Source: Azolla caroliniana
Taxonomy: Eukaryota; Plantae; Polypodiophyta
Direction: 5' to 3'
Length of the DNA: 64,000 nt
NCBI GenBank assembly: GCA_043228905.1
Contig: JBHGNT010000002.1
Coordinates: 18,042,001-18,106,000 of the forward strand
Part shown: piece after piece, positions 48,114 to 60,319 of the stretch
Position numbering within the stretch: position 1 is the stretch's first letter
Layout of the letters: every line of letters starts with the position of its first letter
The notes under the pieces: model-generated
Told to the model about the DNA's origin: nothing
The model's input: only the letters and a program-made list of their open reading frames with translations
Databases searched by the model: none
Translations under genes and position numbers: made by a program

Positions 48114-51100
48114 ATGTCAAGCCAAACGGAAGGGGAAGGAGGGTGTTTAGAATTACCCTTCAATGATCATAAGGATAGGGATGATGCTACCAGGACACAA
48201 CAAGCGATACAAAAGTATTGGGCAGGAAAAAAAAGAAAACATCGTCAATTGTTGAAGGATATGAAAGCCACACTCACTAAAGGTAAAGATAGTATTGGTT
48301 GCGATATAGTTTTAAATATCACTAAGAATGGAAGTAATGAGACTACTATCATAAAGAGAAAGGTTGTAGACTATTTTAATGTTCAAACCAAGCACATCAG
48401 CAATGAAGACAAGAAGGTAGTACTTTATGGAATATTAAATGATCCATCGATAAAGGAGTTAGTTGATTGTGATGGTCTTAACGCAAACATAACACCTGTA
48501 CTAGTAAATAATGCCTGTAATAGTTTCATATCCATGAGGAGGTTCAAGTCTTTAAAAGGTCTAGTTTAATGATGTTACTTAGTAGTGATGTTGATGATAT
48601 TAACATCAGTGTGCTATCTAAGGTAATTGGTGGTAGTAGAAAAAGTGTGTACAATACATTGAACCGGATAGTTTCCTCGGGTGATGGAACTAGTCTGCTA
48701 AAGCTGATAACAAGATGTAAGTCAATGACACCCATAACATCAGAAATCAAGGATATAATCACAATATTTTGGACTAATGAGAGTAGGGTTTCACCCAATA
48801 AGAAGGATTTATGCAGGAAACGTGTTGGAAGGAGTCAATACGAGGAGCATCCCATTCATCTTCTTGATGTACCTCAGGTATTTACATTTATCTCAACATT
48901 TGTTTTGACTTTTGAGCTTAGTTAGTTAGCTTATTAGCTATCTCTGAATATAACCATACTAGAATAGCTAATTACCTACCTCAAAATATGAGCATAGCTA
49001 ACTAGCAACTAGAATAGCTAATTAGCTACCTCTGAATATGACCATGGCTAACTAGGTACTAGTAATAGCTTAATAGCGATTCCCAATAGATAATTTAGCT
49101 ATTACGAGCTAATTCGTTACCAGAATAGTTAATTAGCTACCTAAGAATATCGAACATAGCTAATTAGCTACCAATCATAGCTATTTAGCTACCACAATAG
49201 TTAATTAGCTACCTATGACAATAGCTAATTATCTACCATACTAGCTAATTAGTTGCTTATGACTATAGCTAATTAGCTACCAGAATAGATAATCCCCTAC
49301 CAGAACAGCTAATTAGCTACCTAAGAATATGAGCATAGCTATTTAGCTACCAGAATAGCTAATTAACTCTGTATGACTATAGCTAATTAGCTACCAAAAT
49401 AGCTAACTAGTTATTCTTAATAGCTAATTTAGTTATTACCAGCTAATTAGTTACTATGATGGCTAATTAGCTACCAATCATAGCTAATTAGCTACCTATG
49501 ACTATTAGCTACCACTTAGCTAACTAGCTATTCCCAATAGCTAATTTAGCTATTACCAACTAATTAGCTACTTAGCTACCATAATAGCTAATTAGTTACC
49601 AATCATAGCTATTTAGCTACCAGAATAGCTTATTAGCTGCTATAAGAGGTTTGGAGCATAGCTAATCATCTAATCAGTATGTCCATTTTATTACGCAAGT
49701 TTATTTATTTATTAGGTTCGGGCGAATGCATCCAAATATCAAAGTTCAACTACGAACATTCGAGTCTCTAAGGCCACACTTTGTGAGATGCTTGAAGGAT
49801 CGATACACATGTTGTTGCATTTGCCATGTACAAATGGGTTTTCTCAAGGACTCTGTTAATCTACTACGTCACCATAGCGCCTCCCTAACTAATGCAGTTT
49901 GCACTTGTGAGTGCCCAATTTGTCAATCGAGCCTGCAAGAGCATTGTAAATCATCTGAGCATGTTATCTCTTCCATGAGTTGTCTTTTAGATTCAGTATT
50001 GTGTCTGAGAGAAACTAAGGCTATCTTCCACAGTCATAAATGTGTCATGGGTTTATGTCAAGATTGTGGTCCTAGTAGATTTAGGTGGTGTCCAAATTAA
50101 TTTAGTAAAATAGTAATCTTTGTCAAGTTATTTGAGTCAGTTGACACTAATTTCAAAGGAAAGGTGTCTAAAAGAAAGGATCTAGTTAGGAAGTCACTTA
50201 AACCAAGGGATTTGGCGTCTCTACTTGTAACTTATCTCTAGGAAAGTTCATTAAACACAACTTCATTTATTCATGGCAAACCCATCAGTTTAAGACTTGC
50301 ATATCTGATTTTCCAAATGATGTAGTAGTCTTAGTAGTAGATTTCGGAGAGAATTATACTTTCAAGCAACAGAATGAAATTCAATCTATGCATTGGTGTT
50401 CAACGCAAGTAACCATTTTTGTGCACATAACATATTTTCGAGTTTCAGGTGATGTTAAAAAAGTAATTCATTTTTTTATTTCTGATGATAAGAAGCATGA
50501 TACCTTGTCCATCCAACATTGTTGTAACTTACATTGGCAATGGTTATTGGCTAAACGTTTGGAGCTTACTCAACATTGGGTCTGGTCTGACAGAGTTGCG
50601 TCACAATTCAAGGCTAAACGTCCATTTTATTTTCTGGGGAGGTATCCTGCTATAACAGGTTTGGAGATGAGATGGATTTTTTCTGGGTCTGACCATGGTA
50701 AAGGTGAACATGATGGTGTAGGTGATGTTATAAAGCGAGCACTTACCCATGAACAACTAAAGGCAGGTGGTGTGCAGATGAATTGTGCAACACATGTAGT
50801 TGAATTTTTAAGAGCTAATATGTCAACGAGTGCAACTGGTGTTTATTCCTCGCAGGTCCGAGATATCAAACGTGAATTTTGGGGAGTGAAGATAGATGAA
50901 GTAAATAGGGAGAAGACCTTGGAGTGCCAAGGAATTCCCGAATCACGATCTCTCAATGTTGTTCGCGGTTATTCTAGGTTGGATAGTGATTGTATTGCGG
51001 TTAGATAATTAACTTGTTTTTGCTTCCATTGTGTGCAAGGAAATTGGAGGTATTGTTTAAACAAAGCATATATTCAGAATTGGGAGTATCATACATTGAA

Positions 51101-51536
51101 TGATAAGGAAGCAGTTGATGGAGAAACAGAAAAGAATGCCGACTTCACATATCAAGGACGTGGAGATACTCTGAGTGATGTCTTAAATGTTGGGGATAAT
51201 TTCGTTGTAAATGTAGAAGAAGGAAATTCAATGGGTGTTGATTTCTATATATTGAAGTGCACGGTTAGTAAACAATGTGCAATGCAAAATATTGTAGATG
51301 CTTGGGGAAATGTTGCATCTACCTGGACATTCTACATCGAAGGTATTTTTTATGCAAGACTAAATTACGATTATGTGTGTAGAATATTAGAAGACAAACT
51401 AGTGGCGTACATGTACTCTCATTTGGTTAGGTGCATCAACGTCCCAATGTCGCAATACAATAGTTGCTCAGGTTTATACACAGTTAGTGCTAATGTGTAT
51501 GAATGTATTTACAACAGTATGCCATGGAATTTGTAG
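48114..51536 (+). pseudogene. Sola2-type DDD transposase, spliced (intron ~48878-49715), with stops and frameshifts
   Basis: HPNIKVQLRTFESLRPHFV..DRYTCCCICH Cys-rich region; VVDFGENYTFKQQNEIQSMHW; FISDDKKHD; WVWSDRVASQFK; SDHGKGEHDGVGDVIKR; GT donor at 48878. Confidence 0.8.
48920..49675. repeat. Array of the palindromic TAGCTAATTAGCTA motif in the transposase intron
   Basis: Dozens of degenerate copies spaced ~20-25 bp apart. Confidence 0.92.
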
Positions 51537-53169
51537 CTACAAGTAGCAATTACTAGTTTTCTTGTAAAACAAACAAAGCACATGTATTGCAAATAAACAG
51601 TTAAATAAATTCGTTTGGGAGTTTTTTTTGTTATATACAGTCTACTTTTTGTGCTTCTTTCTCAATAAAATCATGTGTCTCTTTATATACAGTCTTCTTT
51701 TTGTTCTTCGTTCTTAAAAACTCGTTTAATAATATCTTTTAGGGTTCTTCTTTCTAATATATAGATTTACTCAAGTGAACCATGTACAAGCTAAAATAGT
51801 TTGCATAATTTTAAGAAAAAGCACAATCATGAAATCAACAATCCTGAACATACGCTTAAAATTACACAATAGATAAGTTACTCAAAACAAGCAGTTTAAT
51901 TCTTCATTGATTAATCTGTCATCAAATTGCATATGTATAACATCCCATTGGCAATGTCTACGAATCGCCTATAAACATCTAAGCTCTTGCTGGTCAGTGG
52001 AACTTCTCTACATATATGATCTGCATACCCAACTCGGTATGGAGTCCACTGTAACCATGCAGTTAGTTGGCAGCTCAATGTTTTCACCAAGCAGTGTTCA
52101 GGCATTTCCTCGGGTAGAATGAGACAGCATCTGTGAATGTTGAAGAAATGCCGGATATGTTATGTATCCAGAATCAATGTATTCTCGGCATTATAATCTA
52201 GCCAAGTAGCCCAAAACTTAGAAAGTCTTTTGAATCTTGCAACATCCTTCTGCTCACATTTCTCTCGTGTCCATTGACCCTTGAAATATTGTCGCCACTT
52301 CCGGAAGAATTTTTCTACACACTTCCACACATCTGTATGTGGTTTTTCACTCTAAATAAACAAATTAAAGTATTGCACAACCCACTCTAGAAATTGATTT
52401 CTGTCCCTCCTTAGTGTCATATATCGCACACTCATCAGGACTTTATCAAGCTCCAAGATCAAGGCTCTTCTTTCGAGTTCAAATGGTTTAGGTTTCCATT
52501 CTTGTAATTGAGCCTCTGTTGCACCAATTACTGGTAGCACATGATCAATTTCAATCAACTCAGGTTCTGTTGACACAATTGGTGTCCTTTTCCTCTTCAA
52601 ACCCCTAGTCGACTATGTTGGGCCTGGCTTCACATTCCGATGCTCTTGTATTGTCAACTTAGTCATTAGTCCTTGCATTAGCTCGGTGCATGTAGATACT
52701 GATCTGGTCAATATCAGCCCATTGGTATCACATGTTGCATGTACCTGCAAAATCAGATCATTTGTGCAACATGCTTGATCAACTTGCATGACCATATCAT
52801 TTCAAGATGTGGCCCTCTAAACACGCAGCGACATCAACAGTTTCCACACTATCATCGGCCTTAGGAGCAATAGATTCAAACCCTTTAGACTCTGTGACAT
52901 CAGAAAACACCAACATATTCACACTCACAAAGTAACTAACAGTCCCACAAAACAACATAATGAACATGAAATATTTTCCATCATAGAACAACATGAACAT
53001 AATTATCTTGAAGAAACATCATAGAGTTCCATTACATAATGTGGATCAAGCAACAACCAATCTGAGGTTTTACTTGTCCAAATAGATCATAGTAAAACTT
53101 CATAAAACCCTAGGAAAATCGCTAACAATCATATCCCATTAATAAGTATTTCGCTCCAATTCAATCACT

Positions 53170-53580
53170 AAAGTATGGTAGTAGTTGATTAGCTACCACT
53201 TAGCTAATTAGTTATTGTACTAAACTATGGTAGTAGCTAATTGCTACCACTTAGCTAATTAGCAACTCAGCTAAAGGATGATAGTAGCTAATTAGCTACC
53301 ACTTAGCTAATTAGTTACTCAACTAAACTATGGTAGTAGCTAATTAGCTACCACTTAGCTAATTACCCACTGTACTAAACTATGGTAGTAGCTAATTGGC
53401 TACTACTTAGCTAATTAGCTACTCAGTTAAAGTATGGTAGTAGCTAATTAGTTACCACTTAGCTAATTAACTACATGTTAGCAAATTAGCTACTACACTA
53501 CAACCATAACATCTAAATAGTTTCCACACTTTATACGGCTTATCTAATTAGCAAAGATGTAACTAATTAGCTACACTATA
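53170..53580. repeat. Second TAGCTAATTAGCTA array (~50-bp higher-order unit) in an intron of the accessory gene
   Basis: Repeating ..TATGGTAGTAGCTAATTAGCTACCACTTAGCTAATTAG.. Confidence 0.9.
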
Positions 53581-53746
53581 GTCACAAGCAACAATTTTAC
53601 TTGTTAGTTTTCTCCACTCATCTGGGAGAGTTGTACTGCAATCCCCCAAACAGAATGCAGCAATGCGATAGGCATATTGAAAACAAATGATATGGTATGT
53701 GTGCTAGCATGGTTGTAGGTGACCAACAAAGTAGAAGTTTTGTTCT

Positions 53747-54082
53747 TGTTGGGAGATCAAGCTCAACTTAGTTTAGTTAGTTAGTCAACACATGTAACTT
53801 AGTAGTTACCTAGATAGATTCTAGTTAGTGTGCTAACCATAAAGCCTTAAATAGGATTTTGTACTCGAGTGGGATACATTGTAGATCCACCACTCCATGC
53901 TCATTTAATATAGGACTTACACGTTGTACCTATATTCTCCTAGCACATGTGCACCCTTGCACATGAAACCTATATATACCTCATTGAAGGTATTTTTGTA
54001 TTTGATGATAGTTGATGATGATAATGCTAAGTTAATATACTTACTCATCCCCCACCTTGTGTTTCATAAGTGTATCTCTCTG

Positions 54083-54128
<46 letters not shown>

Positions 54129-57100
54129 TCTCACACACATACACAAATATCACTTAATCTTCCGCGCTTAACTTAATCACATAATTAGGTACTAATTAAC
54201 TCTTAATTACTTACCTAATTCTTAACATGGTACCAGAGCGCGTGGTTTAGAAAATCCACAAAGCCCACCCGACTCCGTGATTGTGTGTTCAAAACGCCGG
54301 CGACAAATTCCGGCCATCTGCTTCCGTAGTGCCGCTACGTAACACAAGTACGCGATCGAAGAAAGAAGAGCCAACAAGGAAGACACAAAATAACATGAAC
54401 ACACAAATGGGTAGCTTGTTCCCTAGCGAAAAGCTAGACCAGAGCAATTATTCATCTTGGGAGTACAAGATGACCCAATACCTCGTCAGCCAAGGGTATT
54501 GGAGCTACATCAACGACGCACTCGAGAACAAGCCCGACAACACAAACCCCAACTACCCAACATGGCAGCAAGGAGCAAGTCGGGTAATGTATTGCTTGGC
54601 AATATGGGTCCACGACCATATGCTTAGCCACATTCAAGACGCAAAGACGCCAAAAGAGGCGTGGGAGAACTTAAAGAAAATGTTCACCGCCAACACGACC
54701 ACCCGCAAACTTCAACTCCGGCAAGAGTTAAATAACATTCGGCAAAAAGACATGTCCGTGTCGGACTACACCGCCAAAATCAAGACCATTCATGACTCGC
54801 TTGGCTCCATTAACATAAACGTCGACGAAGATGAGATGGTTCAAGTATGCTTGGGTGGCCTCGCACAACGATTTGATCCACTACAGACAGCGATCTTGGC
54901 AAGAGAAAACCCTCCTTCGTTCTTCGACCTCCAATCGATGTTATTGGTCGAAGAAAACCACGTCCGAACCAAAAGCAAGGCAAATTTTCTTCTCGAATTC
55001 GGATGGTGGTCAAGGAAGAGGTCGTGGCGGTGGAAGAGGAAGCCATCGAGGAACCTTCGAAATAAGGGGGAGCTTCCAAGTTGAACAAGGTCGGCAAATG
55101 AGGCCCGCAACTTGCAATTATTGCGGCAAAATCGGCCACTATGAGGCGGAGTGTCGGAAGAAAAGAAGCGAATCGGTGTCGACATGCCGAAAACTCACAA
55201 ACTATGCCAACAACTCCGAATACGAGGATTACGGCGGACTATTCGTAATGTGGCATAGAGCGAACTCTATGATGGTCTCCGACTCCGCAAGCATCTCCAA
55301 TCCGGAAGACGTGTGGTTCGTAGATTCCAGCGCCTCACATCACATGACATCCCACGAAGAGTGGTTTCGCGATTTACGAACGCCGGATCGAGCCGGCTTT
55401 ATAGAGACGGGAGAAGACACCACGCATCCCATTCGGCATATCGGCAATGTCCCATTCAGGAAAGAAGGTGAGCAAACTTGCATCAAGAATGTCTTGCATG
55501 TGCCCACAATAACAAAGAATTTGGTCTCAATCAGCCAAATCGTGGAGCAAGGCATGCAAGTCCGCTTCACCAAAGAAGGATGCTTCATCAAGAAAGATGG
55601 TCGAGTCATAGCTAAGGGGCAGAGAGAAGGCCGAATGTTCATCCTCGATTTGAACAAGGTGAAATTGGCAATGTACGCTAAAGGTCTAAAAAACGAGACG
55701 AACATCGAGTTGTGGCACAAAAGTATTGGCCACATCAACCTCCAACGGCTCCGAGCTATGCAAACAAAGGGAGTCGTCATCGGACTTCCGACATTCGAGT
55801 TGAAATGAGTCAACCAAGTATGCGAAGCGTGTCAACTCGGAAAACAACATCGACTCCCATTCCCGAAGGAGAGCCACGCAAGCAAAGGCCTCCTCGATGT
55901 CATACACTCGGATGTATGGGGACCGGCTCAAACACCGATGATCGTCGGATGCCGATACTATGTAACCTTCATCGACGACTACTCACGCTATGCGTGGATC
56001 TACCCAATGAAGAAGAAGAGCGAAGTGTTCTCCCACTTCCAAAAGCTCAAGCATCAAGTCGAAAAAGAAACCGTTCGGCACATTCGATGCCTATGATCGG
56101 ATGGAGGAAAGGAGTACTTCTCCGACGAATTCACCTCCTACCTCCAAAGTGAAGGCATTCGGAGAGAATTCTCATGCCGACACACACCCCAACAAAATGG
56201 AGTCGCCGAAAGGAAAAATCGGCAAATACTCGAGGTAGCGTGCACCATGATGCATGAAAAGCACATGCTGAATTTCTATTAGGCCGAAGCGGCATCCACG
56301 GCCATCTATCTCATAAACTGATGCACCACGAATGGAGTGCATGAGCTAACTCCATATGAGCTCCTTGTTGGAAGGAAGCCGATCCTGTCGCATCTCAAAG
56401 TGTTCGGAAACATTGCGAATGTATGCATCCCAAACAAACAACGATAGAAGCCCAACGCGAAGTTGGAGAAATGTATCCTCATAGGATTCTCGTCCAAGAA
56501 GAAGGCATACAAGTGCTACAACCCTTCTACCCGAGCGGTTCAGGTAAGTCGAGACGTTGTTTGTGACGAGTCTGCATTGTGGTACGCACCAGAGGCAACT
56601 TCGACTCTGACTCCGCTCGATCCAGAATCCGCCGAACAAGAGATAGAAGATGGAGATCGCTTCGAACACATGTTTGAAGACAGTCAAATGACGAAAAAGC
56701 CTAGTGGGCCACAAGAGCCCCCATGCGACCCAAGCACGTCGCGGCCAAGTACGAACTTGGACAAAGGCAAAGGTAAGATGCCCGAATACGAAGTCGACCA
56801 CCCCGACGACAATGATTCGGATGGATCGGCTCCCTCACTAGACATTGAGTTCGGTGTACCCATCATGCATACACCCGGAGTAAAGAAGGCGCTCACATCG
56901 GCGAGTGAAAATCTTCGATGCTCTTCTAGAGAGAAGAATCTCGTCACTCGGCACCGCCACAACGAGTACATGGCCCATCATTACGCCTTTGCAATGAAGG
57001 TAGAGGCCGAACAAGAGCCCAAGAGCTCCACCGAAGCGGCTCGTAACCCACGATGGGTGGAAGTAATCGACCTTCGCCCACACACTACAAGCCTTCATCA

Positions 57101-57559
57101 CCGGCTTGAGGGGGAGGACTTGAGATTGCCACGACGAACAAAGCTGAAGGCCGGACGAAAGCCGCACAAAAGCCGACATCGAAAGTCAGACAACGCTGAA
57201 AACAACGCCGGATGTCGGACGCCTCACACTTGAGCTTGAGGGGGCGTGTTGAGAGATCAAGCTCAACTTAGTTTAGTTAATTAGTCAACACATGTAACTT
57301 AGTAGTTACCTAGATAGATTCTAGTTAGTATGTTGACCATAAAGCCTTAAATAGGATTTTGTACTCAAGTGGGATACATTGTAGATCCACCACTCCATGC
57401 TCATTTAATATAAGACTTACACATTGTACCTACATTCTCCTAGCACATGTGCACCCTTGCACGTGAAACCTATATATACCTCATTGAAGGTATTTTTGTA
57501 TTTGATGATAATGCTAAGTTAATATACTTACTCATCCCCCATCTTGTGTTTCATAAGTG

Positions 57560-57595
<36 letters not shown>

Positions 57596-57694
57596 TCTCA
57601 CACACATACACACATATCACTTAATCTTCCGTGCTTAACTTAATCACATAATTAGGTACTAATTAACTCTTAATTACTTACCTAATTCTTAACA
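53747..57694 (+). mobile_element. Copia-E: internally deleted Ty1/copia element lacking RT and RNase H
   Basis: LTRs 53747-54227 and 57247-57694; TSD GTTCT; PBS TGGTACCAGAGC; gag-PR-INT remnants; coding jumps from RNPRWVEV to the 3' tail near 57066. Confidence 0.95.
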
Positions 57695-60319
57695 GTTCTC
57701 TACACATAATCCGCAAGCCATACAACGTGCTTGAACAGTCAATATATCGTTTCCTGGTTCTCCTTCATTTGGTAAGGGAGCAAGAATGTTTAGGTCCAAT
57801 TCTTGACTATTCCTTACCATCCCCTCCACAAAATGTAGATGCTTCTTAAGGCAGCTAACTACCTGTTCTTGACAGGAGTATTGTTCCTTCAACATAGCCG
57901 AGAAATTTACCGATTAATTATTCCTTAATGAGTAAGATACAACAACAAGAAACAAGAATCATGAACTTACTTGTAGCTTGTCCAAATTGTAATCAACGAC
58001 AGTATTTACACCTAGAAGGTCCAGGTTCATTGAAAGAACTTGGATCTCTGTCTACAGTTGAATTTTCCATTAGGGATCCAACGAGCCCTCAACTTCAAGC
58101 TCATGTTGAGCAACCTGTTCCAGATAATGCCTCACTAGCACATTTTCATGTACAAGTTATTTATAACATATTACATACTAGCAAAATAATAGGTACCTAA
58201 ATCTTATTTCTGATTGTTGTAACTGCCAAAGTGACTTTGCTCTCCATCGCAGCAGCCAATGTTGCTTTCTCTAAATCAGTCTTAAAAAACTCCAATGTCT
58301 CACCTACTTCATGGCATTTTTTAGCATATAGCTAATCAATGTCTCACCTGTATCATCGGCTTTCATTGTGTATTGGTGTGGTGTATACTTGCAGGTTTGT
58401 TTGGAGTAGGATGTTGCATCATCAACTGCCATGCTCCAAAATCTTGCCATTTTTTGTTGCAAGCTCCCCATCTTCCAGAATCTTTTTATCAATGCCTCAC
58501 CATAAATTGCCCAAGCTACCCTATACATTTCAAGGTCATGAGATTCCTTCACTATTTTGCAATACTCATATGCAAAAGCTTTAGTAAATGAAAAGGACAA
58601 ATTGTTGTTGACTGGGATCTCTTGATGTACTTTCTGGTGCAGTCTCATGCAATCGTCATACAGGTCCGGTCGTACATGCTTGACCTTGACCTTGCCTTTC
58701 ACTCTAGGCACTTTATATATTGGCATCTTGTCTACATCACTAATCAATCTATATGTTACAATAGCAGGGTCAATACCCTCGAGTGACAGACCATATATGT
58801 TGTGAAGTCCTCCTTTGTCTCGCAAAATTTTGCAAAGTTCAGTAGTCTAGGATAGGGAGGAACAATCTACCTAAAATAGAAAATCAGTAATCAGAATTGG
58901 TGCAAAAACAGAATTTTGAATGTGAATTTCGTGCAAAATTACAACACTTCGAGACAGTAATCTGAAATTTGTAATTTGTCCTTTTCAACATGTATCAGAA
59001 TCAACCACTTAAAAAATCAGAAACCCTAATCAAATTTTGTCATGAGAATTGGTGCAAAATTACAACACATTGCGATGGTAATAAAAAATTTGTAATCAGA
59101 AATTTGTAATTAGACATTTGTAACCAAAAACTTGTAATCTGTCAACTATAATACGAAATTCTCTCAATCAGAAACACACTTGCTACTACACCCTGATCTT
59201 CGAGACATCCTTGTTTGGGACTCCAACGACTTCACCCTATTCGATTTTTGGGAAAGATGAACAAGCACCAAAGTTACAGACAATTATCAGAAAGGAAAAA
59301 AATAATTTAATATGTAACTATTACATACCTAGACGAGGATCGAACTGGTCGTATGTTGTAGCTCTAAAGGTACAATGTCCATCTCAAAGTTTTTGTGTTG
59401 TTGCAGGAGCTTCATCTATGTTCGTGCTCAGAGTACTCCATCTGTTTGGAGTTCGAACTCGAACTCGGGATTATCAGGAATTTGATGACATTCAAGTTGA
59501 CCTTAGATGATGACACTATTCCCCAAGTTCCACTACGTCGGAACCAAAGTTCAAATATTTGAGTATTCTCATCAATTAAATGACATGTATTTAACTAATA
59601 AAACATAAAATTTCGTAAACCATGCTTATGATTTGCCCACAAAAAATTATCTAAACAAATAACTAATTAGTTGTGGCCATTTTAGTAGCTAATTAGCTAT
59701 AATAGTGGTTCCACTCGCATACTTTTACCTAGAAACGATTACATGCAATTCTATAAAAGTCTGCCCCTGATCCACATTGACCACATATGTAAATATCCAT
59801 TTGATTCAACTCGATCTATTTGCCATCTATTTTTTGCAACAATGGACTTTATCATGCATTCTCCAAGAAAGTAGTCACACACAAACTACGATTGTGGTTG
59901 AAGTTAATGTTTGAACATCATCAATAGAGTCTATGTCTTCAATGCTAAATGAATCGGGGTAATCACGAGGGTTAAAAAATGAGCATGTAATTGTTATGCA
60001 TGCTCTTAAGAAGGAATATGATATCAACGAGGACACCACCAAGAAATTAAAAAATAGACTATTCAAATGAAATATTCGATTAAATTATGTGGTTAGGCCC
60101 CATCCTCAAAATGTTAATCGTTTAGCATGCCCAATGTATCAATTTACAGTTATTTGTAAGAAAACTATATTTACTTTGTGTCTAGATTATGTAGGAATTC
60201 CAATATAAATTTTTCTAAATTTTATTTAAATATTTCATATCCTCAATTGAGGCAACAAAAAACTATGTTTAAATGATTGTTTGTATGGTATAATTTTGAT
60301 GTGGCTTGTAAGCTATAAA

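Larger units (their letters stand above)
51911..58870 (-). pseudogene. Multi-exon accessory gene of the transposon: N-terminal unknown domain, RING-H2-like finger, C-terminal FCP1/NIF (HAD) phosphatase-like domain
   Basis: Exon 58304-58870; CMACGLC (57700-57725) rejoins PC*HTYHIIC..CLGDC (53635-53720) across the Copia-E TSD; one frame over 51911-52795 reads LILELDKVL..LRRDRNQFLEWVVQYFNLFI*S..WTREKC..KRLSKFW..YNAENTLILD. Further 5' exons may extend to ~59490. Confidence 0.65.
46793..59730. mobile_element. Sola2-like TIR DNA transposon (~9 kb excluding the nested Copia-E) with two convergent genes
   Basis: 4-bp TSD AGAA at 46789-46792 and 59731-59734; TIRs GGGTGAAAGCATGTGAGTG versus (reverse complement) AGGTAAAAGTATGCGAGTG, all mismatches transitions; internal DDD transposase motifs. 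Confidence 0.8.

Noticed and set aside
48920-49675. Regular short palindromic repeats superficially resembling a CRISPR array
   Set aside because: Spacers are short and themselves repetitive, there are no cas genes, and the context is a eukaryotic intron.
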